Shown: positions 40,869 through 52,139 of the stretch, piece after piece
How the letters are laid out: every line of letters starts with the position of its first letter
Numbering within the stretch: the first letter of the stretch is position 1
Position numbers and translations under genes: made by a program
The notes under the pieces: generated by a model
The model's database searches: none
The model's input: the letters and a program-made list of their open reading frames with translations, nothing else
What the model was told of the DNA's origin: nothing
Origin: Truepera sp.
GTDB lineage: Bacteria; Deinococcota; Deinococci; Deinococcales; Trueperaceae
DNA: 64,000 nucleotides
Reading direction: 5' to 3'
Assembly (NCBI GenBank): GCA_965218435.1
Contig: CBDCKW010000009.1
Span: 2,624,001 to 2,688,000 of the forward strand

Positions 40869-41282
40869 TCATAAAACGCGTAGATACATCCCGGCAGCGT
40901 AGGGCGCTCTAGCCTTCGTAAAGCCGAACTTTGCGTAAAAGTCCGGTGTGCCGTGATCCGCCATCAGGCTTATGTAGGCGCTTTTAGGGGCGTGTTCACA
41001 GATATACGTCATCAGCGCGTCCATGATGAGCTTGCCGACACCCTTTTTTTGCTGTTCGGGCACCACGGCAATATCTACAATCTCAAAAAAGCAGCCCCCG
41101 TCGCCAACCACGCGGCCTATGCCGATAGGTTCGGTTTCGAGAAATACCGTCACCGCAAAAAGTGAGTTTTTCAGGCCAATCGTTGCAGCGAGTTCGGTTT
41201 TACGGCTGAGTCCAGCGGCTAAGCGGATACGGATATAGTCTCCTACACTCGGGATTTGTTGTTTGACAAGGTAGTCTGACAA
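40869..41282 (-). CDS. GNAT acetyltransferase
   Basis: GIGRVVGDG, DIAVVPEQQKKGVG, FYAKFGF. Confidence 0.88.
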   Translation of the reverse strand: MSDYLVKQQIPSVGDYIRIRLAAGLSRKTELAATIGLKNSLFAVTVFLETEPIGIGRVVGDGGCFFEIVDIAVVPEQQKKGVGKLIMDALMTYICEHAPKSAYISLMADHGTPDFYAKFGFTKARAPYAAGMYLRVL

Positions 41283-41455
41283 GGCGTTACGCTCCGGTGG
41301 TTACGGCAGCAAAAGTCATAGCAGCAAAAGTCACGTTAATAAACTTTTTATCAAGAGCGTCGAGGCGTAACGTTGCCTCATGTACGATTTTAAGGTAGCG
41401 CAAATAAAACTCAAGATAGAAATCAGCAAGCGAAGGGATAATCCGTCCAGTCGCG

Positions 41456-43012
41456 TCATCTTAGTGGCCCTTTACGCAGCTTTCTTTTATCCATATCTTT
41501 TAAGACGACCCGCGCCGCATTCCGGCCCGACGCGCCCATGATGCCGCCCCCCGGATGCGTGCTTGCGCCGGTCAGGTAGAGCCCCTTGAGGTGCGTTTTG
41601 TATTCGGCCATGCCCAGAAAGGGGCGCAGGGCGAACATCTGGTCCAAGCTCATCTCTAAGTGCATCACGTTGCCCCGGTAAAGGCCGAGGTGACGCTCGA
41701 GCCACTCCGGGTGCTGAAACAGTTTGCCGACCACCTTGGCTTTCGTTCCGGGTGCGTACACCTCATAGGCGTCTAAAATCGTTTCGGCAACCTCGTCTTC
41801 GATATCGGCCCAGCGCACGCCCTTAGCGAGTTCATAAGGAAAATACTGCGCCCAAAGCCACAGCACTTCACCCCCCGGTGGAGCTAGCGTGTCGTCTACC
41901 GCGCTAAAACTCATCGCTACGATGGGTGGGTCCGACGCGGGCCGACCGGCCAAAAAGTCGCCGTAAGCCGCGCTCAGCTGCGCCCGGTCACGGCATAACA
42001 GCCCGAGTGCCCGCCGCGCCTCGTCGCCCGGATGGGCGGTGTAACTTACCGGCGCGTCTAAAGCCAAGCGCAAAATCGCCCCAAAGCCGTTGCCAACGCG
42101 CATGTTTTTGCTACTTTCAGGGCGGTGTTCTTCGGGTAAGAGCTTACCGAACGTCTCTAAGGCGTGCGCTCCGGCAACCACGGTACGCGCGGTATACACC
42201 TGCCCAGCCACTTCGATCCCCGTAGCCCGGTTGCCTTCGACCAAAATCTTGTCAACCGGCGCGTCCGTAAAAATCTGCCCGCCGTGCGCTTCGATATGCC
42301 GCGCCAACGCCTGCGTCAGCATCCCCGAACCGCCCTTGGGCCGCGCCATCCCGCCTTCGTGATATAAGGGTTGCCAGAGTACAAACGGTGACGAAAACGG
42401 TTCCGAGGGCGGTGGCCCCGACTGCGCCGCCATCCAGACCAGCGGCGTTTTGACCCGTTCTTCTTTGAAATAGCTGTCTACGACCTCGCCGTAGGGTTTG
42501 AGGATTTTGCCGAGCGCCTGCTTCCAGTCGCCCTTGATCGCCTTGCCAAAAACCATCTTTTTACCCAAATTCAGCGGGCTCGGCGTACTTAAAAACAGCT
42601 CTTTAACAGCTTGACCGAAGGGCCGCCAATCATCCATAAAACGCGCGTACGCTTCGCCTTCGCCAGGATAGGTACGCTCGAGCCCGTCAATCGTCTCTTG
42701 TTCACTGCGGTAGATAAAGACGCTTCCGCCGTCTTCGTAGGGGGCAAAAAACAACGGGTCAATGTCAAGGTACTCGAGGCCGAAACGTCCCAACCCCAGT
42801 TCTTCAACAATCGGCGTCAGGCGAATGAGGATATGTGCGCTGCCGCCCAAGTCAAACTGATACCCCGGTACGATTTCTTTGGTTGAGACGGCTCCGCCCA
42901 CCATGTCGCGCCGCTCAAAGACGCCAACTTTGTAGCCTGCTTGGGCGAGGTACGCGCTGGTAATCAGCGCGTTATGGCCCGCGCCTACGGTAATCACATC
43001 AAAGTCCGGCAC
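41456..43012 (-). CDS. crtO: Carotenoid ketolase CrtO (phytoene dehydrogenase family)
   Basis: GAGHNAL...VGGAVST...[42 protein letters not shown]; resembles Deinococcus CrtO as I recall it; cru gene context. Confidence 0.75.
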   Translation of the reverse strand: MPDFDVITVGAGHNALITSAYLAQAGYKVGVFERRDMVGGAVSTKEIVPGYQFDLGGSAHILIRLTPIVEELGLGRFGLEYLDIDPLFFAPYEDGGSVFIYRSEQETIDGLERTYPGEGEAYARFMDDWRPFGQAVKELFLSTPSPLNLGKKMVFGKAIKGDWKQALGKILKPYGEVVDSYFKEERVKTPLVWMAAQSGPPPSEPFSSPFVLWQPLYHEGGMARPKGGSGMLTQALARHIEAHGGQIFTDAPVDKILVEGNRATGIEVAGQVYTARTVVAGAHALETFGKLLPEEHRPESSKNMRVGNGFGAILRLALDAPVSYTAHPGDEARRALGLLCRDRAQLSAAYGDFLAGRPASDPPIVAMSFSAVDDTLAPPGGEVLWLWAQYFPYELAKGVRWADIEDEVAETILDAYEVYAPGTKAKVVGKLFQHPEWLERHLGLYRGNVMHLEMSLDQMFALRPFLGMAEYKTHLKGLYLTGASTHPGGGIMGASGRNAARVVLKDMDKRKLRKGPLR

Positions 43013-43531
43013 CTTTTAAGTTTAGCCCGCTACCGGCACAAATTGCGGAATGCCTGCTAAGGTTTTGGCGGCTCCTCTTACTTAACCGGTTTAAGTCAGC
43101 AGCCGACGTAAAACAAAACCCGCCTGCCGAGACCGAGACCTTCTCGGTTGCCTAACCGGTCTCAGCTGTAACGTCAGCTGTTTTTGCTGTGACCGAGTAG
43201 AAACCCAGCCCATCACTACCACAGAGTTGGCGTAAACAGTGCCTCAGCCTCAGCCAGCTCGAGCCGAATGTTGCAGTTATGCAGCGTTGCAGCAAAATGT
43301 AAGTTTTTTACTTTACGGCGGCAAATTCGAAAAATCTAACATCTTGATTTATTAAGCTTAGATTAAGGTACATAGCGAAGAGGGGTTCCCCACCCCTTGC
43401 TAAGCAGTACCTTCTGTTCTCTTGGGCACTCGGAGCAGAACGCAACCGGCCGAGGGGAGTGATCCGCACTCGCCTTACACCACACAGCCCGGCCTGATCA
43501 AAGGTCCAACATCACTTGGGGTGGAGGAACG

Positions 43532-45115
43532 ATGATGTCCATTAGAGGTTACTTATTAAGCTCACTTGTCCTGCTCGCGGCTTGTAGCAGCGGTCTCGAG
43601 CAGGGTCCCGAACTAGAGACACAAGCAGCCGCGAAGACCATAGAGATTCCGCTCTCAAACAATGCCGATGACGCCGAACAAAACGGCTCGAGGCTTGTCA
43701 ACAACGGCAAGGCGCTCGACTTTTCGCAAAACCAGCAGACCGTCGCGCTACGTTTTAGCAACGTCAAGATTCCACAAGGGGCCAAGATCAAAGCGGCCAC
43801 GATCAGCTTTACCGCTATCGCCGCCGACTCAGCGCCGGTCAAGCTGCAAGTCAGAGCTGAGAATACCGACAACGCCGCGCCTTTTGGTAACAGCGTCAGT
43901 GACAGAGCACGAACCTCAGCGGTCGCAGCTTGGAATCCCAAACCCTGGCACAGAGGTCTTGCAATCCGTACTTGGAACCTGAGCAGCGTCGTTCAAGAGG
44001 TTGTTTCACGTGGCGGTTGGAACTCCGGCAACGCTCTAGCGTTTTATGTCACCGGTGACCGCAACGTCAAGCGTTCGGCGTACGCAAGGGATAAGAGCAG
44101 CAGCCGTACACCACGTCTTAAAATCACCTTTGAACCCAGCCTTAGACCCGACGCAGACCCGGAGCCTGAACCAGGGGCACCTGAGGGGCCAAACGTATCC
44201 TCGTCTTCGTGTTTAAGTAGCGGTGTCACTCGCAAGCTCAGCGGCAACTACCCCTCTAGAGTATTTATTAGAAACGGCAAGAACGCTGTGATTGACGCCC
44301 GCGAGGCCAAACTGCTGGCGAGGAGGTCGGCGTTTTTAGCGGAAGACAACAGCTCACTGTGTCTCTCCGGCGGCTTTCTCGACAACGGCTTAAGTGACGA
44401 CACCGATTGGGACACCTTCCATAGCTCGCCTGGTCTGCTCTTTTACGATACGCCCAAGGCGACGGTCGAAAACATGACGATTATTCATACCGGCGACGGC
44501 ATCACCTTTAAGAACAACAATCCCAACTGGCTGTTCCGCAACTCGTATATTCGCCACGCCGGGGATGACGGGGTGGAAAACGACCGCTTTAACGACGGCA
44601 CGGTTGACGATGTACTGATTGACTGGGCGTATACCGGCCTATCGTGCCGTAAAGAGCAGAAAGATGCCAGGAACGTCAACTACAGCTTTAAGGTGCAAAA
44701 CACGCTGCTCGCGCTGAAACCACAAAAAGGGACGTATGGTCGGTCTCGCGGGGGCAGCGGCCCAGCCAGCCACAACGAACTTTTCAAGGTCACCAAGGAA
44801 GTTACCAAAGGCTGCCGACTCGTACTGAGAGACAATGTGTTCTTAATCTCGGGCTACGCCGGGAAGGTCGATCCGTCGGAAGATCCTAGAGTCAAGTACG
44901 ACATCCTCGACCGGGGTGCGTGCCGCGGACACAAAAACACGATCGTCTATACCGGGGGTGAAAGCTGGTACTTAAAAGAGCTGCGCGAAGCTGCGCCGGA
45001 ATGCTTTGACGTGACGACCGACTTAGGTGTCTGGAAAACGGCTCGGGCCAGGTGGTTTGATAGGCATCCGCAGTTCGCTAAATACCGGAATAATGAGCCT
45101 AGAGGAGCACGCTAG
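43532..45115 (+). CDS. Lipoprotein with an N-terminal beta-sandwich, Pro-rich linker and predicted beta-helix domain
   Basis: Lipobox LAAC; DDAEQ...LRFSNVKIPQGAKI...GWNSGNAL...PRLKITF; PDADPEPEPG linker; GDGI and DDGVEND repeats. Confidence 0.7.
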   Translation: MMSIRGYLLSSLVLLAACSSGLEQGPELETQAAAKTIEIPLSNNADDAEQNGSRLVNNGKALDFSQNQQTVALRFSNVKIPQGAKIKAATISFTAIAADSAPVKLQVRAENTDNAAPFGNSVSDRARTSAVAAWNPKPWHRGLAIRTWNLSSVVQEVVSRGGWNSGNALAFYVTGDRNVKRSAYARDKSSSRTPRLKITFEPSLRPDADPEPEPGAPEGPNVSSSSCLSSGVTRKLSGNYPSRVFIRNGKNAVIDAREAKLLARRSAFLAEDNSSLCLSGGFLDNGLSDDTDWDTFHSSPGLLFYDTPKATVENMTIIHTGDGITFKNNNPNWLFRNSYIRHAGDDGVENDRFNDGTVDDVLIDWAYTGLSCRKEQKDARNVNYSFKVQNTLLALKPQKGTYGRSRGGSGPASHNELFKVTKEVTKGCRLVLRDNVFLISGYAGKVDPSEDPRVKYDILDRGACRGHKNTIVYTGGESWYLKELREAAPECFDVTTDLGVWKTARARWFDRHPQFAKYRNNEPRGAR

Positions 45116-45158
45116 CTAACTCACAGCTGCTAATAAAAAGCTACTGACAAAAACCTTA

Positions 45159-45195
45159 GACTAGAGAAGCGCCTTACACACGCGCTTCTCTAGTC
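45159..45195 (+). terminator. Strong hairpin after the lipoprotein gene
   Basis: GACTAGAGAAGCGC...GCGCTTCTCTAGTC. Confidence 0.6.
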
Positions 45196-45273
45196 GGGTA
45201 TAAGAATCGGGAAGTGGCTATGGCTACTGCCGTTGAGGTTTTCTCCGGCAGCGGCTGTGCTACGCTCGAGCCT

Positions 45274-47109
45274 ATGCTCAGAGTCGCCAAGGTTTTGCTA
45301 TTGGGTTATCTGACCTGTTCTGCATTAGGGCTTGCGCAATCTGCACAACCGGCGGCCTCTTCAGCGGTCTTCGAGCAGTGCCTCAACCTAAACGAAAAAG
45401 ACCTCCGCAGCGAACTGAGAACACTGACCCGACAATTCTTCAGCGCCGAGCTGAGCGCCGTAGACCTGCCCCGGATGGTTGAAAATAAGTGGCTCGAGCT
45501 GGGGCTGCCTGATTTGCTCGAGACCGAAGTCAACCGCGCGGTAGAGAGTGTTCGTCAAGATACGGGACTAACCCGCCGTCTTACCTCGAGCTTTTCTCCT
45601 GCCCAAGCCACCGAACTCGCGCAGCAGATCGCCAACCGAGCGTTTACGTCCGAGGCTTTACGCACCCGGTTAGAAACCCTAGCCGGTGAAGTCGCCGATG
45701 ATTTTACCCAAAGTTTTACGTCGGCCGCGGCGCGTAGCGCGTCCTCGGCAACCGAGTGCGTCCAGACCTATCTCGGCAACACCTACGGCAACGCTGTCGT
45801 TACAGCTTACGGACAAGAAATTCAGGCGCAGGTCGAAGCCACCGGGACTGAAGCCTTGACCAAGGACTTTCAACCTGACATTTTGGGTGTGAGAAGCGGC
45901 GTCGGGGTTGCCAGCATCGCGGGGGGCTACGTCGCCAGGGCAGTCGCGCGGCGTCTCAGCACGCAGATTTCCAGGCGCGTCGCCGGAAATATCGCAGCGC
46001 GCATTTTAGGACGCGCCGGTTCGTCGGTCATTCCGGTGATCGGTTGGGCTGTTGGAGGTGGCCTTATTGCTTGGGACATCTACAGCAGTTTTACCCGAGG
46101 GCCTTTCCTCGCTATTAGCCGCCAGCTTTCCGGTGAAGAAACGCAGCGGCAGATTCAGGAAGAAATTGCAAACTCGTTGCGTGAAGATATACCAACCGTC
46201 AGCACAGAACTTTCAGCGGGCATCGCCAACGAAGTTTTTACGCAGTGGCAGAGTTTTACCCAGAACTTCAGGGTTGTCCTTGATTTGGCAAGGCGTAACG
46301 CGGCGTTTCGCCAAGACCTCGGCAAAGTTCCCGACATTGACCTCTATAAACTCGCTGAAGTCGTGCGAAACGTTCCTGAACGAGCGGTGCTCGAGGCCAC
46401 CCGAAAAGGTGAACTCCGGCGGGTTGTAGAACTGCCGGAAAGTGCGCTCGAGATTCTCGAGACCTCTGCGTCTATCACCACCGTTTTAGCCTGGGCCGAC
46501 CTCGCCGGAACCCGGTTGGACGATGTGGTAAACACCGAAGTCTACCGCTACAAAGCGCCTACAGATTTTTCGCAAAGGACGCTGACTCGCCTACTAAATA
46601 CGGATAACGTGGTGACGATTGCCGAAGTAGCTGCCTTGCCCAAACAAGATATGGACACTTTGTTAGCGATGCCTACCACGAACCTCAACGCGCTGACAGG
46701 TGAGTTTAATCCGGCTCAGCTGCAAACGGTTGCCTGGTACGCAGGCGCTTTGAATCAGGAACCCTTTAACATGCTTGTAACCAGACTTGTTGAGCGACCC
46801 TCGAGGCTCGAGAAATTCGCGCCGGAAGCTGTGAGAAATGCTGTCGTAAACAGCCGCGAGCCGCTAACTGCCGTGACGTTTTTAGGCAGTGAGACGGGTT
46901 TTGGTTTCCTTGGCTCCGATTTCTTTGGAGGATTCGGGCGTGACCTAGCAACTGTTTTTGCAGGCACAGTTAAAAGCCGACTCTTAACCGTTAAGTATGA
47001 CCTCAGTAGTTTGCTACTACTCATATTCGGCTTTGTTGTTGTGTTCTCCGCTGCGAGAATCTTGTTATTCGTGCTAACACGATTTTTCCGAAAGCGCAAA
47101 CGTACTTAA
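45274..47109 (+). CDS. Hypothetical exported protein with a C-terminal membrane anchor
   Basis: Signal peptide ending ALGLAQ; Gly/Ala-rich central hydrophobic segment; C-terminal TM plus RKRKR. Confidence 0.7.
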   Translation: MLRVAKVLLLGYLTCSALGLAQSAQPAASSAVFEQCLNLNEKDLRSELRTLTRQFFSAELSAVDLPRMVENKWLELGLPDLLETEVNRAVESVRQDTGLTRRLTSSFSPAQATELAQQIANRAFTSEALRTRLETLAGEVADDFTQSFTSAAARSASSATECVQTYLGNTYGNAVVTAYGQEIQAQVEATGTEALTKDFQPDILGVRSGVGVASIAGGYVARAVARRLSTQISRRVAGNIAARILGRAGSSVIPVIGWAVGGGLIAWDIYSSFTRGPFLAISRQLSGEETQRQIQEEIANSLREDIPTVSTELSAGIANEVFTQWQSFTQNFRVVLDLARRNAAFRQDLGKVPDIDLYKLAEVVRNVPERAVLEATRKGELRRVVELPESALEILETSASITTVLAWADLAGTRLDDVVNTEVYRYKAPTDFSQRTLTRLLNTDNVVTIAEVAALPKQDMDTLLAMPTTNLNALTGEFNPAQLQTVAWYAGALNQEPFNMLVTRLVERPSRLEKFAPEAVRNAVVNSREPLTAVTFLGSETGFGFLGSDFFGGFGRDLATVFAGTVKSRLLTVKYDLSSLLLLIFGFVVVFSAARILLFVLTRFFRKRKRT

Positions 47110-47420
47110 TGCTCTACACCCCTGAAACCCTGCCGCAAAACGTCGAGCTCGGCGAGCTGTTAACCGTTTGTACGGTCAGCGCGGCAAACGTCGTTAAAGA
47201 CCTCCGTGAAAATGTCCGTAATTTAGTCGGCGGTGAGATGAAGCACTACGAGGCGCTGATTGACAAGACGCTCGAGCGGGCGCTTGCGAGGCTCGAGCAA
47301 AAAGCTGCTGAACGGGGCTACGACGGCGTGCTGGGCGTCAGAATCGTCAGCCCCAAAGTTGTCGAAGGAGGAGTCGAAATTATTGTTTACGGGAACGGGT
47401 TTAGCGTTGTTAAACCTTAG
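47109..47420 (+). CDS. YbjQ/UPF0145-like protein
   Basis: [22 protein letters not shown]...GYDGVLGVR...VYG. Confidence 0.8.
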   Translation: MLYTPETLPQNVELGELLTVCTVSAANVVKDLRENVRNLVGGEMKHYEALIDKTLERALARLEQKAAERGYDGVLGVRIVSPKVVEGGVEIIVYGNGFSVVKP

Positions 47421-47429
47421 GCAGGCAGA

Positions 47430-48353
47430 TCAAGAACTGTAAACGCCGTAAACCGCTTTAGGGATCAGTACCAGCCGCTCGACCGGGCGCAAGTACGCCC
47501 GCCGCGTCAGGTTATCGAAACCATTTTGCCGTAATTTTTGCAAAATACCTTCGTAGTTGAGGGCCGCCACGCCGACGGCGGTCGCCGCCACGCCGTTGAG
47601 TTTCGGAATGCCCTGCCAACCCTGGCGGTAAAGGGCCGCAGCATACTCGGAAAGTTCTTCCAAAAGCGCGACGTAACCGGGCGTTACTACTCCGGCGGCA
47701 AGTTCTGAACGCGTGACGCCATGTTTTTCTAAAAGTTCACGTGGCAAGTAGCAGCGCCCCATCCGCAAATCTTCGCCGACGTCGCGGAGGATATTGGTCA
47801 GCTGCATCGCCTCACCGAGCGCGAGGGCGCACTCTAGCGTTTCGTTGCCGCCTCGGTAGCCTGCAACCGGCGCGACCAACAGCCCGACCACCCCGGCAAC
47901 CCGGCGGCAGTAGAGCATCAGCTCAGCCATTGTTTCAAAACACTGTTCGGACAGGTCGGACTCGAGCCCCAAGTACAGCTCATCAAACGCGCTTTTAGGG
48001 ACGTTAAAACGTTCTAATACCCAGTGCAGCCCGACCTCTAAAAATGCGCCCGTGTGCGGTGTCCCGGCGTAGGCACGTTCGATGTGCTCTTGCCATACCA
48101 GCAGCCGAGAATGCGCCGCTTCGGATGACGGAGCTTCGTCAACGGCGTCGTCCCCACTCCGGCACACGGCGTAGACAACCGAAACTGCTTGGCGTTCGGT
48201 GGGGGGAAAAAGCCGAGAACCAAGATAAAAGGTGCTCGAGTGTGCCCGGGTTAGCTGCGTACAGTACGCTACCGCGTCCTCCGCCGTCCATATCTGCGCC
48301 AGACTGTGTGGACGTACATCCCTGGGTTTTGTCACTCGGCCTCCAAACACCAC
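47430..48353 (-). CDS. crtB: Phytoene synthase
   Basis: HSSTFY, YAVCRSGDDAVD, YCRRVAGVVG, MQLTNILRDVGED. Confidence 0.93.
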   Translation of the reverse strand: MVFGGRVTKPRDVRPHSLAQIWTAEDAVAYCTQLTRAHSSTFYLGSRLFPPTERQAVSVVYAVCRSGDDAVDEAPSSEAAHSRLLVWQEHIERAYAGTPHTGAFLEVGLHWVLERFNVPKSAFDELYLGLESDLSEQCFETMAELMLYCRRVAGVVGLLVAPVAGYRGGNETLECALALGEAMQLTNILRDVGEDLRMGRCYLPRELLEKHGVTRSELAAGVVTPGYVALLEELSEYAAALYRQGWQGIPKLNGVAATAVGVAALNYEGILQKLRQNGFDNLTRRAYLRPVERLVLIPKAVYGVYSS

Positions 48354-48558
48354 TTACTTTTATGCTCCCACATCTACCGGGCTGCAGACAACAGCGTATC
48401 TCACGGTCTTATGACAGTTCCGCTTACTACACCACTACGCATTTGTTACGCCGCCCAACGCCTGTGCAGCGCCAGCTACTTCCGCACGATACCGTGATTG
48501 TGTGCTAAGGCAACTGTTTAACTGGAGATAGTAGCCGACAACCTTTCGGGTGCAGCCT

Positions 48559-49812
48559 TTACGAATGACCTACGCGGCCCAGCTGAGGAGCGCCGTAACG
48601 CGTTTTCACGTACTCGTCTAACATCTGATTAAACTCTGGGACAATTTGCTTGCCCTGCAAGACGCCGACAAACTGTCCGTCACGGTAGACCGGTGCGCGC
48701 GGGTCCTCGCCGGTTCCCGGCAGCGAAATGCCGATGTCGGCGTGCTTCGACTCACCGGGGCCGTTGACTACGCAGCCCATCACCGCGACTTTGAGCCCTT
48801 CGACCCCCGGATACTGCTCTTTCCAGCTCGGCATCTGCGCTTTGAGATACGCCTGAATATCACGGGCCATCTCTTGAAACAGGGTGCTCGTCGTCCGACC
48901 GCAGCCAGGGCAAGCGGTCACCGTGGGGGCAAATTTGCGTAGGTCGAGCGCCGCTAAAATCTCCTGCGCCGCCTCGACCTCGCGGATACGCGGCGCACCC
49001 GGTTCAGGGGTAAGCGACACACGGATGGTATCGCCGATGCCTTCAGCGAGCAACACGCTGAGACCCGCCGTACTTGCAACCACCCCTTTAACCCCCATCC
49101 CCGCTTCGGTCAGACCCAAGTGCAGCGGATAATCACAGCGAGCTGCGAGCAGCCGGTAGACCTCCCAGAGGTCACGGGCGTTCGAGACTTTGGCAGACAG
49201 GATGATCTTGTCGTGCCCCAACCCGCGCGTCTCGGCGAGTTCAGCCGAAAGCAGCGCAGACTGGAGCATCGCTTCGATCATCACGTCGCGGGCGTCTTTG
49301 GGCGTGGCCGACGCTGCGTTGAGGTCCATCAGTTTGGTTAAGAGCTGCGCGTCTAAAGAGCCCCAGTTGACGCCGATCCGCACAGGTTTGTCATGGTCTT
49401 TGGCGACCTCTATCATCGTCACAAAGTTCTCGTCATGGCGTTTGCCGGTGCCGACGTTGCCGGGGTTGATCCGGTATTTGTCCAGCGCGGCAGCTGCTTG
49501 CGGAAACTCACGGAGCAACACGTGGCCGTTAAAGTGAAAGTCGCCGACGAGCGGCACGTCTAGGCCCTGCTCAGTCAACCTCGCTTTAATCTCCGGGACG
49601 GCCTGCGCCGCCGCTTTGTTATTGACGGTAATGCGGACGATCTCGCTCCCGGCGTGGTAGAGCTGCGCCACTTGCAGCGTGGTCGCTGCGGCGTCGGCGG
49701 TATCGGTATTGGTCATCGACTGCACCACGATAGGGTGCGCCGACCCGATGGGAACGCCCCCGACGTAGCAAGTCACAGTTTCGCGGCGGTAAGTCATACC
49801 CAGACTAGTCAT
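48559..49812 (-). CDS. ispG: HMBPP synthase (GcpE)
   Basis: [53 protein letters not shown]. Confidence 0.96.
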   Translation of the reverse strand: MTSLGMTYRRETVTCYVGGVPIGSAHPIVVQSMTNTDTADAAATTLQVAQLYHAGSEIVRITVNNKAAAQAVPEIKARLTEQGLDVPLVGDFHFNGHVLLREFPQAAAALDKYRINPGNVGTGKRHDENFVTMIEVAKDHDKPVRIGVNWGSLDAQLLTKLMDLNAASATPKDARDVMIEAMLQSALLSAELAETRGLGHDKIILSAKVSNARDLWEVYRLLAARCDYPLHLGLTEAGMGVKGVVASTAGLSVLLAEGIGDTIRVSLTPEPGAPRIREVEAAQEILAALDLRKFAPTVTACPGCGRTTSTLFQEMARDIQAYLKAQMPSWKEQYPGVEGLKVAVMGCVVNGPGESKHADIGISLPGTGEDPRAPVYRDGQFVGVLQGKQIVPEFNQMLDEYVKTRYGAPQLGRVGHS

Positions 49813-49872
49813 AAAGCCAGTGTACCGAGTGAGGGCCCCGAAACGCGTCAGTTAAAGGTAGATAGGATTAAA

Positions 49873-50199
49873 TTATTTGAACTGCTGAACCCGGGTTGTC
49901 CGCCGCAGCTTGGTCGGGGAGTGCCGACGCTCAGTCAGTTTTGAACTTACCAGCAAACCGCTAAACATCGCAAGACCAAAAATCAGCAGCGGCAACGCCG
50001 TATAGCGTTCACCCAGGTAGAGTCCCGATATAGCAAAAAAGACGCCGGTTATAATAGCTGTCGCCCGTTTGCGTCTTAGCCCCAGAGCTAAAACAGCGCC
50101 GCCGAACACGCACAGCGCCAAGATAAGCCCCGGCAAGACGTAACCCGACATGACAGCGTTGTGAAAAAGCGCCGCAACCTCTTCTGTAGTCACAACCAC
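49873..50199 (-). CDS. Small membrane protein
   Basis: Three hydrophobic segments. Confidence 0.5.
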   Translation of the reverse strand: MVVTTEEVAALFHNAVMSGYVLPGLILALCVFGGAVLALGLRRKRATAIITGVFFAISGLYLGERYTALPLLIFGLAMFSGLLVSSKLTERRHSPTKLRRTTRVQQFK

Positions 50200-50249
50200 A
50201 CTCTATAATAAGTTGAGGTAATCAGAACGAAATTATTTCACAAAAAATC

Positions 50250-50271
50250 CTCACTCGAGTTTTGAGTGAGG
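50250..50271 (-). terminator. osmC terminator
   Basis: CCTCACTCGA...TTGAGTGAGG hairpin with an A-run on its left (T-run on the minus strand). Confidence 0.6.
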
Positions 50272-50291
50272 GTTAAAACCTTTAAGTTTTG

Positions 50292-50708
50292 TCAGACAAG
50301 TTTGGCCTCGAGCTTAATGTCAAGTGCCGCTAACGCCTTGGAGACCGGGCAGTTTTTCTTCGCGTCTTCGGCGTAGTTTTGAAACTCGTCTGCGCTCAGG
50401 CCCGGAACCTTGCCCTCAGTCTGGAGGGAGACTTCAGTGATCTCCAAACCGTCCATCTTCACGTTCGCCACCGTTTTTACGTGGTCGGCGGTATGACCCG
50501 CTTCGGCGAGCATGTTGGCGAGCGCCATCGAATAGCAGCCCGCGTGCGCCGCGCCGATAAGTTCTTCGGGGTTGGTACCGGTACCCTCTTCAAAGCGCGA
50601 CTTGTACGAATACTGCGCGTCGAAGGTGCCGCTCTGCACCGTCACGTCACCTTTGCCTGACTTGAGATCGCCGTTCCACTGGGCTGTACCTTTACGGGTA
50701 AGTGCCAT
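50292..50708 (-). CDS. osmC: OsmC peroxiredoxin
   Basis: [38 protein letters not shown]. Confidence 0.93.
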   Translation of the reverse strand: MALTRKGTAQWNGDLKSGKGDVTVQSGTFDAQYSYKSRFEEGTGTNPEELIGAAHAGCYSMALANMLAEAGHTADHVKTVANVKMDGLEITEVSLQTEGKVPGLSADEFQNYAEDAKKNCPVSKALAALDIKLEAKLV

Positions 50709-50796
50709 AATAATAGCTCCTTTTCTGTGAGAGTCTAACGCGGGGGCCGGGACCTAAACTGTATAGTTCGATACCAGCGGCGTTTAGACCATACAT

Positions 50797-51282
50797 CTAG
50801 ACAGCGTGGGTCATCTGCCGAATCGCGCCCAGGTGGTACGCCGCGTGCGGCGTAAAGGCCAGCATGACCGTCAGCATCTGCTCGCCTACAAGCTCCTGCT
50901 GATTCTGAAGCGCGTAGTGAAGCGCCTCGTACTCGCCTCTCAGGTCGGCGCGGAGTTTGTCCCAAGTAGCGGCGTCTACCGTATGCACCGTCCAGCTTTC
51001 CGCCCAGTTCAGCTGCGGCGTTTCGCCCCGCGTGTAGGCGTTGGCTACAGCCAGACTCCAGCGCAGATGTTCGGTGTGCGCGGCGACGGTTGAGCCACTC
51101 GGTTGCCGTCTCGAGGCAGCTTCGGCGCTCACGGAGTCAAGCGTTCCCAAAATACCGGAATCCGGTTCATTACCGATAAACCAAGTGTAGGCGTGGTTGG
51201 GGCCGGTGTAAGCTTCACTAAACAGCTCAGCGAGGATTTTAGTCAAGGTTTCGTTAGGAACGCTTTTCGTAGATGTCGTCAT
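50797..51282 (-). CDS. DinB-superfamily protein
   Basis: TVAAHTEHL, HAAYHLGAIRQ. Confidence 0.8.
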   Translation of the reverse strand: MTTSTKSVPNETLTKILAELFSEAYTGPNHAYTWFIGNEPDSGILGTLDSVSAEAASRRQPSGSTVAAHTEHLRWSLAVANAYTRGETPQLNWAESWTVHTVDAATWDKLRADLRGEYEALHYALQNQQELVGEQMLTVMLAFTPHAAYHLGAIRQMTHAV

Positions 51283-51659
51283 GGTTTTGCCTCGAAATGC
51301 GGGTTATAGATAATGCCGAGCGCATTACCAAACGGGTCTTTGACCAGCGCCGTTTTAATTCCATCACCGACATCTTCAACTTGACTAATGACCGTTGCAC
51401 CAAGCTCGAGCAACCTCTTAAACGCAGCTTCGATATCATCTACTCGCCAGTACGGAACGCTGCCACCTAAACCGTCGCCCAAACCTTGCAAGGTCTCGCT
51501 GCGGCCGGGTTGCAGGCCGAGTTCGTAACCGCCGACGTCAAACCCGACATAAAAGGGTTCGTCAAAATAAGGCTGGACGCCTAACACTTGGCTGTACCAG
51601 GCTTTGGCTTTTTCAAGGTCGGGGGCGTCATAGATGGCAGTGACTAACTGTTTGAACAT
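51279..51659 (-). CDS. VOC/glyoxalase-family protein
   Basis: DLEKAKAWYSQVLG, YWRVDDI, KDPFGN. Confidence 0.88.
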   Translation of the reverse strand: MFKQLVTAIYDAPDLEKAKAWYSQVLGVQPYFDEPFYVGFDVGGYELGLQPGRSETLQGLGDGLGGSVPYWRVDDIEAAFKRLLELGATVISQVEDVGDGIKTALVKDPFGNALGIIYNPHFEAKP

Positions 51660-51708
51660 AGGGGCTCCTTAAAATGCGTTTTCCAGCTAAACCGAGTTCG
51701 TAAAACGT

Positions 51709-52113
51709 TTAGGCATCTCCTCCGAGACTGTACTCGAGCACATACCCATGCTCTCTCCCGCTCACTTCTATCGTCATCCGTCCCTCGAGCCCCACCAACT
51801 CACCCGTCCCCGAATCCGGCACGACGGTAACGCTCTGCTCGCCCTTGCCACGGGTCATGGTGCTCGAGTGTTGCAGTACAAACGTTCCCTTTTTCCCCTG
51901 CAACGTAGCGGTAATCTTTTCAATCGCAACGTAACCCGCCGAGCCTTGCGTGTCGGTTCTGGCACTCAGCATTTCGCCTTGGCTCGTTCCCGTTAAGTCG
52001 CCGGTAAACGTCTTGTTGATAGACAACCTACTTAGCAAAGGACTTGCTGCTTCGTCCGTTAGGGGTTGAGGTTTTAGGTCTACGCTGAAAGTTCCGGTGG
52101 CGCGGTTTGTCAT
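51709..52113 (-). CDS. DUF3224 protein
   Basis: KTFTGDLTGTS, GYVAIE, GTFVLQH, VVPDSGTGELVGL. Confidence 0.85.
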   Translation of the reverse strand: MTNRATGTFSVDLKPQPLTDEAASPLLSRLSINKTFTGDLTGTSQGEMLSARTDTQGSAGYVAIEKITATLQGKKGTFVLQHSSTMTRGKGEQSVTVVPDSGTGELVGLEGRMTIEVSGREHGYVLEYSLGGDA

Positions 52114-52139
52114 GGGGTTCCTCTTTCTAAGTTTGCAGG

